Shown in pieces: positions 48,437-58,215 of a DNA stretch of 64,000 nt. The DNA is taken from assembly GCA_044892525.1 (NCBI GenBank), contig CM097885.1:207762001-207826000 (forward strand). The letters are read 5' to 3'. Source of the DNA: Schmidtea polychroa. Taxonomy: Eukaryota. A program made the translations under genes and the position numbers. Each line of letters starts with the position of its first letter. Position 1 is the stretch's first letter. The notes under the pieces were generated by a model that worked only from the letters and a program-made list of their open reading frames with translations, had not been told where the DNA came from and did not search any database.

Positions 48437-51400
48437 CAACTATGTGTTTAAAAGACAAAACCGGTAGAATATGCAAAATGAATGCAGTAATCAGATGTCC
48501 AGAAAAAATAATAGTACCAGCAAAATCACAGATGATTTGTCAGATAAAAGTGGATACGGGTATGGAAGGAGAAGTTATCTTTGAACCAAGCAAGTCATTC
48601 GAAAAGCGACGAGAGTTACCACTCGCAAGGGAAATAATAACAATAAACCAAGAAAAAGTGATACCGCTCAACATCACGAATTTCGAAGAAGAAGACAAAA
48701 TCATCTATGAGAATGAAAAATTGGGAAGATTGACCCCAATGATGGACATAGAATTACCGAAAGTGACCAACGAGATGATCAAAGATGATGAATTATGGAC
48801 AATAGATAGTATGTTGTTGACGAATGATGAAAAGAAAAAATTGCACCGATTGTTGGTGGAATATAAAGATATATTCGCCATCTCAGATTTAGATTTGGGT
48901 ACATGCGATGTTACCCTACATGCAATACCCCTCATAGATGAAACTCCAATTGCATTAAGACCATACAAGCTAGCAGAAATGCAAAAAGAAATAGCCGAAG
49001 CAGAAGTACAAAAGATGCTAGACGCAAAAGTAATCGAACCGAGTTGCTCACCTTGGCAATTCCCAGTGGTCATGGTGAAAAAGAAAGATGGCACCCAACG
49101 ATTCTGTATCGATTATCGGAAGTTAAACGCAGTAACCAAGAGAGATACCTATCCATTGCCGGACATCAATGAGATGTTATTGATGTTGCAAGGGGCAGCA
49201 TATTTTACTTCTTTAGATCTAAAAAGTGGATACTGGCAGATTAAAGTCAAAGATGAGGACAAAGAGAAAACAGCTTTCACGTTGGGACGAGATCTATATC
49301 AATTCAGGAAAATGCCATTCGGACTGACCAACGCACCAGCATCATTTCAACGGTGTATGAACTTTGTCACTCATGGAATCAAACAATGTATGGTATATAT
49401 TGATGATTTACTAATCTATTCAGCGACATTTGAACAACATCTGGAAGATATCCGAAACGTATTTATTAGATTAAGACAGTGGAAACTCAAACTCAAACCA
49501 TCAAAATGCGATTGGGCAAAGGAAAAAGTCACGTTTTTGGGACACATAGTGTCAGCTAAAGGAAAGGAGCCAGATCCAAGAAACATCGAGAAAATAAAAA
49601 CATGTCCAGCACCGAAAACGGTCACCCAAGTTCAGGAATTTCTAGGATTATGCGGATACTATCGCAAATTTATCAAAAATTATGCAGGAATTGCAAAACC
49701 AATCCAGGAATTAGTAAAGAAGGACATTTCGTTCATTTGGGGGAAGGAACAACAAGAGGCGTTTGAAACGCTGAGAGACAAACTAATCGAAGCACCTATC
49801 CTCGTACACCCAGATTTTAAGAAGCCATTTCTATTGGCAACGGATGCAAGCGGGTACGCGGCAGGCGCGATTCTGGGACAATTAGACGAAGAAGGAAAAG
49901 AAAGAGTGATTGGATACTACAGCAGAACGTTTAAAAAGCACGAGAAAAACTATTCCGTAACCGAGAGAGAAGCGTTAGCAATTATACAAGCGATTAAACA
50001 TTTTCGATATTTGTTGTGGGGACACGAAATATGTATCACAACAGATCATCAACCACTAGTATGGCTTGGTCAACACAAAGAAGCTTCAAGTAGATTGATG
50101 CGATGGGCAATGCAGTTACAAGAATATTCACCGTTCATAAAATTCAAAGCGGGAAGAGCGAATGCCAATGCGGATTGTATGTCCAGATTTATCTTTCCAG
50201 ATTTAGTAGATCACGAAATGCAACGAATATGTCTGATGGTAGCAGAAGATTTAGATTTTTGCCAATTACGGAAAGACCAACAAGAGGATACAGAGTTGAA
50301 GCAAATCATTGAGTATGTGAAAACAGGGAAAGCAGAGGTATATGAGAAAGATCAAAAATTGAAGGAGCATATGGATAAACATCGACATCGATATATTATC
50401 GAGAAAGACTGGTTGTTGATAATGGATGGAGAAAAAAGACTGATGTGCATTCCCGAGAATAGACGTAAAGAGCTGCTAACACAATACCATGACGGAAGAC
50501 TCGGAGGACATATGTCGTCTAAAAAGACGTTGGCAAGAATGAAACAGAAATATTTTTGGCCTACGTTAATCGAAGACGTAACCGAATGGGTAAAAAATTG
50601 TCTAACTTGTGCGACCAGGAAAAATACTGGATCGAAATGGAAAGCACCTTTAACGCCAATGCCAGTACCAATAGAACCAATGACAATGATATCCATGGAC
50701 GTAGTTGGTCCACTACCAGAGTCAGATAAAGGAAATATTTACATTTTGGTGATCACAGACTTTCTTACGAAATTTCCAGAAGCATTCGCGATGCCAGACC
50801 AAAAAGCTAAAACAATCGCAAAAATTTTGGTAGAAGAGATATGCTGCCGATATGGAACACCAAAACAGATATTAACCGATCAGGGAACTAATTTTATGAG
50901 TGAAATAATGAGCGAAGTAACAAATTACTTCAAAATAGCAAAGCTAAGAACATCTCCATACCACCCTCAAACCAATGGGATGACGGAAAGATTTAATGGA
51001 ACACTTATACAAATGTTATCAAACTACGTCGATCGTCACCAACGAGATTGGGACGAATATATAAACCTATGTCTTATGGCATACAGAATGTCAATTCATG
51101 CATCAACGAAAATGAGCCCATTTAAATTAATGTACGGAAGAGAGTGCAACATGCCAATGGACCTGGAATACCAACCACCGATATCGCAGTATATGGAGAT
51201 CGACGATTATGTTACGAAATTCAAGGAAAGAATGCAAGAAATTTGGGAAACTGCGGGATTAAATATCAAGTTCTACCAGGAAAGTTATAAAGATTTACAC
51301 GATCGAAAGAAAAACGTGAAGCAACATACGTTTCAAACAGGTGATTGGGTAATGATAGAAACCCCGGAATTAATTCCAGGAACCACAAAAAAGTTACAAC

Positions 51401-54400
51401 GCAACGGAAAAGGACCATATGAGATTCTATTTGTAGGCGAAACCAATGTAAGAGTGAAATTGATAAATAATCCATTCACCAGGCCAATATACGTGAACGT
51501 GGCACGATGTAAATCAATTCCAAAAACCGCCACCAGTCAACCAGAAGGTCGAACATTAACCACACGTTCGCAAACATACAGAATGAATATGATGCAACAA
51601 CTCGCAGAACCTATCACTGGACGATTGGGCATACAACCATCGGAAGCGGAAAAAATCGTACGAGAGGTAAAGATAAAATTACCCGGATGGGCAAAAGATC
51701 GATTAGATTTCGAAATTTTAGGAGGATTATTGACGATGATCGAAAATTATGCGAACAGAGAGAGGACACATCCGTTATTGCGAGTAGTCAAAAGCCAATG
51801 GCCAATATTATTTACAATAACAGATCATTACGGAGACACACCATTACACAAACTCATGAAAGTAGGTAACAACGAGCAAATACTAGAAACAATAGAAGCA
51901 TTTCACGACTGCAAGCGATCAACAGAACAAACAAACAACCAAGGTTACACACCATTAATGATAGCAGCAAACAGAGGAAAAACCAAAGACATTATAACCG
52001 CATTACTTGATACTGGATCAAAAATAACTACACAAGACCACGAGCGGAAAAATGCACTACATCATGCTATCGAAGGGAAAAGTACCGAGGCGTTCACGTC
52101 ATTGATGGAACTACTATCATATGAGGACAATCGGGAAGTCGGAAACATGTATGATGGATTGTTGACAGCGATCAAAGAAAAACTGACGACAATTACCGGA
52201 ATATTAATTACCTGGAGAAATCCAATTCAAAACGATTATATGATCAACGTAAACGAAGCGTTCACGAGAGGAGAGAACACGCTGATGAGAGAAGCTATGA
52301 AAGGACATCAGTTATTCGAAATCCCAAATCAATTGTTAGAACGAGGAATAAAATTCACAAATCACAAAGATGAACAGTTAGCAAAAAAGCGAATCGACAC
52401 ATTCGAAAAATCAATATTCCAATTTACTAACCAAGTACGAAATAAATATTGGGAAACGGTAAGTGTGTTATATATGATGGACACAATGAATAACATCCGC
52501 GAGAATTACCTGGATATTATCCAAATACTTACAGCAGAGGAACGAATCAATAATCCAAACGGAAAGAAAACGAAAATAAGGTATGAGAAATCCAGGGAAT
52601 CAAAGTCAACAACGAACCATACGGTCACAAACAACGTCATCAAAACCAAATCAATGAGTATAGGTCAAGAGGCAATAATACGCAAAGCAAAAGAAGTTTT
52701 CTTTGAGGAAATGCTAGAGTTGTCAGACGAAATAATATTGTCAAAAATAATAAAAGCAGTACATACATACGCAAGAGATCAAACCACGGGATTAGATATC
52801 GGGAAAATCAAAACCTTCTTGCCTCGAGCATTTACGATGGTAACGAAGGATTCCAGAACACCCCTACAACAAGCAATACTAGCAGCGAAAGAAAATAGAG
52901 CAATAACGATCATGAGAATCCTTGGAGATATGGGCGAGGAAACCAACACGAAAAATGAACAAGGCGAAACCGCCATGATGTATGCAGCTATAACGAAAAT
53001 ACACCCAAAAACACTCCACATACTACATCAATCGGGATCGAGACTAGACGAAAGGTCCAATGAAGGAAATTCCACCTTGGACTGGGCAACCATACAGCCA
53101 AACTTAGAAATGATCAGATTCATTTGCAAAAATGCGACAAAAGAAGAAGTTGAAAATATATGCAAAAACACATCTCAATTTCAGTGGAATACGGTACGGA
53201 AAAATCTGGAAGCAATGAAATTATTAGTAACATGGAGAATACCACAAAGTAATAAATATGCGATAAATATAAACGAATTCTACGAAAACGGAGAAAACGC
53301 GATGGTAAAGAATACATTAACTAAAGGGGGGACACCAAAAATTATTTTAATAGTACTAAACAGAGAAGACCTCAAATTCACGCAAAATCAGAGCGAGCAA
53401 CAAAGAATTGGGAAACATCGTCGCATTCAATTAAGAGAATTAGTCAAAGAATGGAATAGAAAGAGACACGCTGCAACGGGCAGAAAAGAGTTTGAATTCG
53501 AAGCAAAATTAGCAAGAAACAGAGTGCTAACAGCATATCGCAGATTATTGAACGATATAAATGTCGAGGACGACATTTTAAATGACAGTGGGGGAGATAA
53601 ACACGATGACAATAACGGAAAAGGCCGAAAGGAGGATAAAGAAAAAAGAGAACCGGAGGAGGATAAACCGGAAAACAAGGATTCGGATACGAAAAGAGAG
53701 GGAAACAGCCCGGGAACTAAGACCAAAGAGGAGGAAAAACCGAATAATGGAAAACAGAGGGTATGCCTACCTTTCACTAACAAAGAAATAGAGACAAATA
53801 TGATATTAATGATAATTATGCTTACCATGATAGAGTTAGTAACAGCTCATGGAGGGACGAGAACGATAAAAGAAACCAAAGAAGCGGAGAATCAAGATAG
53901 CAAAGAGGACGAACTAAAACAAGAAAAGAAAAAGCAAGCACAAGAGCAGCAGTGGGATTTAAAGGAAGAATGGGACTTAAAGGAAAGGTGCATACTAGGA
54001 AGATGCATGTCTAGAGCGTATCAGAAACTAGTACTGATAAATGAGGACACAGAACCAATAACAGAAGTAAGAATACAAGAAGCATACCGAAATCGAGACG
54101 GGAAAAGAATAACGAACGTTAAAGGAAAAGAGGTACACCTAGGAAAAGGTGGTGAAGTAGTAATAACGCAGCTCCAACCAAGAAAAGAGCACAAAGTCTG
54201 TATTTCAAGATTAGGACCGGGTGAGAGATGCCATCAATATGTGACGCAGCAGCAGCCCCCGAAGGAATATACGGTTTGTATCTGGAGGAACGAATCAAAA
54301 AGAGAATGCCGACGATACCCGGGGAAAAGAGGAAAGAAAAGGAAAAACCACGACGAAAAGGACGAAGGAGGAAAGCACAAGAAAACTGGCGAGGAAGCTC

Positions 54401-54801
54401 AGGACAACTATGTTTCGGAGGAAGAGATGGAAAAAATACAAAAGATGGCAAAGGAGGGTATGAACGAGGAAATAGCAAGAATACGAGAGATGATGAAAGG
54501 GAATGGCAAAAGAGGGAACGAGAAAAGTACAGAAGCAATATCAACATTAACAAACAAGGAAAAACCAGAGAGTATAAGCGTGAAGCAGATGATGTGGATC
54601 AGTGGGATAATAATAACAGGGGCATTCCTAATCATAACGGGGGGAACAATAAAAATAATTAAAGATAAACGACATCGCGGAGAACTAGAAATGACCCGAA
54701 TCAGAAACTTCCAACATCGAGTGAAACGACCAAGTGATATCAAACAAGAACAGTGGGTGGAGGCCTGGAACGTTCAGCGCCCTCCAAACTCACGTATATA
54801 G
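48364..54801 (+). CDS. pol: Element B Pol with extensions: RT, RNase H, integrase, two ankyrin modules, signal, FN3-like domain, TM
   Basis: RFCIDYRKLN, MPFGL, YIDD (49396); ATDAS...EALA...TDH...NAD; HDG..GGH/C..C, MDVVG, TDQG, ERFN; GDTPLH, GYTPLMIAA, GETAMMYAA; ITQLQPRKEHKVC; TM WISGIIITGAFLIITGG. True coding in this frame begins at ~48433. Confidence 0.95.
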   Translation: MHNRNGPDARIIKRSRNRLNIVKLTTMCLKDKTGRICKMNAVIRCPEKIIVPAKSQMICQIKVDTGMEGEVIFEPSKSFEKRRELPLAREIITINQEKVIPLNITNFEEEDKIIYENEKLGRLTPMMDIELPKVTNEMIKDDELWTIDSMLLTNDEKKKLHRLLVEYKDIFAISDLDLGTCDVTLHAIPLIDETPIALRPYKLAEMQKEIAEAEVQKMLDAKVIEPSCSPWQFPVVMVKKKDGTQRFCIDYRKLNAVTKRDTYPLPDINEMLLMLQGAAYFTSLDLKSGYWQIKVKDEDKEKTAFTLGRDLYQFRKMPFGLTNAPASFQRCMNFVTHGIKQCMVYIDDLLIYSATFEQHLEDIRNVFIRLRQWKLKLKPSKCDWAKEKVTFLGHIVSAKGKEPDPRNIEKIKTCPAPKTVTQVQEFLGLCGYYRKFIKNYAGIAKPIQELVKKDISFIWGKEQQEAFETLRDKLIEAPILVHPDFKKPFLLATDASGYAAGAILGQLDEEGKERVIGYYSRTFKKHEKNYSVTEREALAIIQAIKHFRYLLWGHEICITTDHQPLVWLGQHKEASSRLMRWAMQLQEYSPFIKFKAGRANANADCMSRFIFPDLVDHEMQRICLMVAEDLDFCQLRKDQQEDTELKQIIEYVKTGKAEVYEKDQKLKEHMDKHRHRYIIEKDWLLIMDGEKRLMCIPENRRKELLTQYHDGRLGGHMSSKKTLARMKQKYFWPTLIEDVTEWVKNCLTCATRKNTGSKWKAPLTPMPVPIEPMTMISMDVVGPLPESDKGNIYILVITDFLTKFPEAFAMPDQKAKTIAKILVEEICCRYGTPKQILTDQGTNFMSEIMSEVTNYFKIAKLRTSPYHPQTNGMTERFNGTLIQMLSNYVDRHQRDWDEYINLCLMAYRMSIHASTKMSPFKLMYGRECNMPMDLEYQPPISQYMEIDDYVTKFKERMQEIWETAGLNIKFYQESYKDLHDRKKNVKQHTFQTGDWVMIETPELIPGTTKKLQRNGKGPYEILFVGETNVRVKLINNPFTRPIYVNVARCKSIPKTATSQPEGRTLTTRSQTYRMNMMQQLAEPITGRLGIQPSEAEKIVREVKIKLPGWAKDRLDFEILGGLLTMIENYANRERTHPLLRVVKSQWPILFTITDHYGDTPLHKLMKVGNNEQILETIEAFHDCKRSTEQTNNQGYTPLMIAANRGKTKDIITALLDTGSKITTQDHERKNALHHAIEGKSTEAFTSLMELLSYEDNREVGNMYDGLLTAIKEKLTTITGILITWRNPIQNDYMINVNEAFTRGENTLMREAMKGHQLFEIPNQLLERGIKFTNHKDEQLAKKRIDTFEKSIFQFTNQVRNKYWETVSVLYMMDTMNNIRENYLDIIQILTAEERINNPNGKKTKIRYEKSRESKSTTNHTVTNNVIKTKSMSIGQEAIIRKAKEVFFEEMLELSDEIILSKIIKAVHTYARDQTTGLDIGKIKTFLPRAFTMVTKDSRTPLQQAILAAKENRAITIMRILGDMGEETNTKNEQGETAMMYAAITKIHPKTLHILHQSGSRLDERSNEGNSTLDWATIQPNLEMIRFICKNATKEEVENICKNTSQFQWNTVRKNLEAMKLLVTWRIPQSNKYAININEFYENGENAMVKNTLTKGGTPKIILIVLNREDLKFTQNQSEQQRIGKHRRIQLRELVKEWNRKRHAATGRKEFEFEAKLARNRVLTAYRRLLNDINVEDDILNDSGGDKHDDNNGKGRKEDKEKREPEEDKPENKDSDTKREGNSPGTKTKEEEKPNNGKQRVCLPFTNKEIETNMILMIIMLTMIELVTAHGGTRTIKETKEAENQDSKEDELKQEKKKQAQEQQWDLKEEWDLKERCILGRCMSRAYQKLVLINEDTEPITEVRIQEAYRNRDGKRITNVKGKEVHLGKGGEVVITQLQPRKEHKVCISRLGPGERCHQYVTQQQPPKEYTVCIWRNESKRECRRYPGKRGKKRKNHDEKDEGGKHKKTGEEAQDNYVSEEEMEKIQKMAKEGMNEEIARIREMMKGNGKRGNEKSTEAISTLTNKEKPESISVKQMMWISGIIITGAFLIITGGTIKIIKDKRHRGELEMTRIRNFQHRVKRPSDIKQEQWVEAWNVQRPPNSRI

Positions 54802-54961
54802 AAAGGAATATGACTGTATATAATTGTAAAAAGTAAGTATATCTTATGTATATAACAGTACTATATCTTTATATAAGCGCGGTATCAATATTATACAATA
54901 ACGGGAATCATAAAATAAAATTAAATTTACATAAGAGTTGAAAAGTGTATATAAATTAAGA

Positions 54962-55321
54962 ATGGATCAAGGAAATAACGAAATGAACCACAATACAGTA
55001 ACTGAAGAATTATGGAAGCAACAATGTGCCGTATTAGCACAATTAGTGTCCAATTTGCAAGAACAAGGACTGACGATGCACAGAAACCTAATCGAGAGTA
55101 TGAACAGAGGATTTAGTTATTTGAAGATAATTGAAGACCAGAGGTTAAAAATCGAACAAATGCAAAGAGAAATGGAGAGGATAACCCAATATAGCCATAG
55201 ACAGGAAATTGAATTAGAAAGAATGATGGAGGAAGCAGAACAGACAGAAATAGAAGACTGGTCGGAATGGCTAATGAATAGAGAGGAGAGCGGACACGAA
55301 GCCGACTCTTCCGAACCCTAA
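54962..55321 (+). CDS. Element B accessory coiled-coil/acidic protein
   Basis: Intact ORF (first ATG 54962) with the same A-rich codon usage as the other element genes; flanked by AT-rich spacers. Confidence 0.7.
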   Translation: MDQGNNEMNHNTVTEELWKQQCAVLAQLVSNLQEQGLTMHRNLIESMNRGFSYLKIIEDQRLKIEQMQREMERITQYSHRQEIELERMMEEAEQTEIEDWSEWLMNREESGHEADSSEP

Positions 55322-55406
55322 ACCAAACCTAGCTTAAAATGTAAATAATTGTAAATAAAATATCGAACCTGTATCGATAAGAACTATATGTACATATAAT
55401 TATAGA

Positions 55407-56795
55407 ATGGATAAACGACAAAGAGAAGAGTTCAGAGAGATTGTCGAGCAAATCCGAAAATCTACAACGATCAGAATACACAAACATGTTATGTGCGGAA
55501 TATGTGAAAAGTTACTAAAAGAACCCCACCAAACCCTATGTGGATGCAGAGTATGTAAGGAATGTATCAGTGAAGCAATAAAGAATAGACCACAGTGGTG
55601 CCCGGTGTGCAAAGAGACACTAATATCGAGTTTAGAAGACACTAACGAGGATAAAGCCGCCGTGAAAGACATGTTAAACACCAACCTGGGATGCAAAAAT
55701 GCCCCATGCGAATGGAAAGGAGTAATATGGAAGGTAGTGCAACATATGGGGGAATGTATGTATAGAATCGGCCAGTGTGAAAGGTGCCATAAAACCATTC
55801 GAGCAAGCGAAGAAAAAGAGCATCATAGCCAGTGTGAAGAGAGACTAGAAAGATGTGAACATTGTGGAGAAATAGATACGTGGAAAAATCTCACCATCAA
55901 ACATCACAATGTCCAAGAAGAAAAGGTATGTGCAGAGTTCAGTGGGGAATGCCCGAACGGATGCGAGGAAGGGAGAATAATAAAAATAGCCCAACACTTA
56001 AAAGAATGTGAGAAGAAAAGGATGATATGTGTACTAGGTAAATGGGGCTGTCAGAAACTATTACACCGAGGAGAGTTACCACATCATTTAGTAGAAAATG
56101 CTTCAACCCACGCAGAAATGTGGTCGACTGCGTTACAAGAAAGCGATGAGAAAGTAAAACAAATGGAGATGGAGATAACATCGTTGAAAGTGTTAGTCAA
56201 AGAACTACTAGAAGAAAGGGAAGCGTTCGAAGAAGCCCGAGCAAACATAAAGATGCAAATGAACCGAATAGAAATCAGTAATAATCAGGCCAAGGAGCTA
56301 CACCAGAAAATACGGGAAATAAATCTAAATGAAGTAATACCAACAGCACCCTACATATGGAAAATAACGGAAGTAAAAGAAAGAATACGAAAAGCAAAAA
56401 CCGGAGAAGAGACAAGAATAACAAGTCCTGCATTCCATTCTTGGAAAAATGGGTACAAGATGAAAATAAGGATATATCCCAACGGAGATGGAACCGGATT
56501 GAATACACATTTTTCGATATTTTTTCTATTATGTAAAGGGGAATATGACGAAATAATAGAATGGCCATTCCAGGCAAAAATCGATATCACAATGATGAAT
56601 GACCAAAGCGTCCACGAACAAAGCTTTAAAACGACGGGAACCCAGCTGTGTTACCGGCGACCTATTGATGAGGAAGGAGCAGCATCGGGAGCGCCTACAT
56701 TCATCTTGCAGCAAAAGATGGAAGAGATGACGAGAAATGACACAATATATATAAAAATGACAGTACGAAGGGAAGGAAAGGGTAGAACGGAGTAA
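55407..56795 (+). CDS. traf: Full-length intronless TRAF-like protein (RING, TRAF zinc fingers, coiled coil, MATH/TRAF-C)
   Basis: RING CGIC...PHQTLCGCRVCKEC...CPVC; C..GC.W.G...HMGEC fingers; MATH YIWKI...SPAF...GYKMKIRIYPNGDGTG..THFSIFFLLCKGEYD..IEWPF. Confidence 0.96.
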   Translation: MDKRQREEFREIVEQIRKSTTIRIHKHVMCGICEKLLKEPHQTLCGCRVCKECISEAIKNRPQWCPVCKETLISSLEDTNEDKAAVKDMLNTNLGCKNAPCEWKGVIWKVVQHMGECMYRIGQCERCHKTIRASEEKEHHSQCEERLERCEHCGEIDTWKNLTIKHHNVQEEKVCAEFSGECPNGCEEGRIIKIAQHLKECEKKRMICVLGKWGCQKLLHRGELPHHLVENASTHAEMWSTALQESDEKVKQMEMEITSLKVLVKELLEEREAFEEARANIKMQMNRIEISNNQAKELHQKIREINLNEVIPTAPYIWKITEVKERIRKAKTGEETRITSPAFHSWKNGYKMKIRIYPNGDGTGLNTHFSIFFLLCKGEYDEIIEWPFQAKIDITMMNDQSVHEQSFKTTGTQLCYRRPIDEEGAASGAPTFILQQKMEEMTRNDTIYIKMTVRREGKGRTE

Positions 56796-56989
56796 CCCAT
56801 CGAATAATGTTGTATATAATAACCTGTATATATCGGCGTATATATCCAATAAAATATTATATAATAATGGTATGAAAAACCCTAAATACGAAAACCCAAA
56901 AATGATGCGAAAAATTTCCAAAGGGCCAGTAACCAATAAATAAATTTTTTTTTTAAAAAAAGAGATTAATCTATATCAATGATTTAGAA

Positions 56990-58045
56990 ATGACACAAGA
57001 GAGAGTAACCGAAAATACGATAGCCCCAACCAATACCCACAAGACACAAATTCCCAGAGAATATAATGAAAAATGGAACAAAGTAATGTTCCAACTAACT
57101 AACCTCACCCGAAACTACATCGAAGAAGCTAGAGAAGATGAGAACAGTAAATATCAATGGCTAATCCACAATTTAAGAGAGGAAGCCGAAGCATGTAAAA
57201 GAGCATCAAAATGGGCATCATTAGAAAATACCCGCCAAGAAGCGCACAGCCACTACTTAAAGCAGCTAGTGCAGGAAGCGAGAAAGAGACTTACCGATGA
57301 GAACACCAAGCGCGAAGCGGAAAAGCAAATAGAAGGAAGGAAAATGATGCACTTAGTGGCAGAAGCGAGAAAATGGAAAAGACAAAACAGTGAAATGAAA
57401 AAAGAGATGAAAGAATTGCCCATGAGACTCGGATATGAAAGCGAACAAGGTAAATGGGAGGAGAATTTAATAATAAAGGAAGAATTGAAACGGTTGAGAA
57501 AGGTCGCCGCCCGAAGTCAAACCTGGCAAACAAAAGCCATGGAGTTTGAGCGACATTTGGCAATGAAATGCGACATAAGAGAGCACGAGAACGCCGCAAT
57601 GGAAGAGATGATAACCCAACAAGCAGGACGGATTGTGGAATTAGTAAATCAGGTCGAAGAGATGAAAAGAGACCTTAATGGATTACAAGGATCGCTGGAA
57701 CAAAGAAACATGGTCCTAGCGGGAAAAAATAAAAAATTAGAAAACGAGAGGAAAATGTATACCGAAAATATTAAAAACTTAGAAATAGAAATTGAAAAAT
57801 GGAAGGGCGACGAGAAAATCAAGGCCCTAGACAAACAAATAGAGGCGAAAGACGAAGAGACAAGGTATCTCACCTATCTGCTCGACGAGGAATTGAACAT
57901 CACTCGAGCTCTAAGAGACGAAATTAATGAATTGAGAGCTCAAATCCCCCAATATTACCTACCCTATGACCCTATTGCGATACAGTTGCATCCCGCGGTC
58001 GATAGTGATGAAGGTTATGTGGGACTGGAGGAAACCTTCCTATAA
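56990..58045 (+). CDS. Element B accessory long coiled-coil protein
   Basis: Intact 351-aa E/K/R-rich heptad ORF; TTTAG acceptor 2 nt upstream of the ATG. Confidence 0.8.
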   Translation: MTQERVTENTIAPTNTHKTQIPREYNEKWNKVMFQLTNLTRNYIEEAREDENSKYQWLIHNLREEAEACKRASKWASLENTRQEAHSHYLKQLVQEARKRLTDENTKREAEKQIEGRKMMHLVAEARKWKRQNSEMKKEMKELPMRLGYESEQGKWEENLIIKEELKRLRKVAARSQTWQTKAMEFERHLAMKCDIREHENAAMEEMITQQAGRIVELVNQVEEMKRDLNGLQGSLEQRNMVLAGKNKKLENERKMYTENIKNLEIEIEKWKGDEKIKALDKQIEAKDEETRYLTYLLDEELNITRALRDEINELRAQIPQYYLPYDPIAIQLHPAVDSDEGYVGLEETFL

Positions 58046-58215
58046 GGGTGAATAAAAGATAAAAACAAAAAAAAAATCGGGACGTACATCCCAAACAAAA
58101 AAATTAAAGTATTATAAAAGTATTCAAGGGACTGTAACCCGAACTATTAAATTTTATATAAATGTATATGTATAAGTCGCACTATAGCGCACCATTAACT
58201 GTACATATTATAGAT

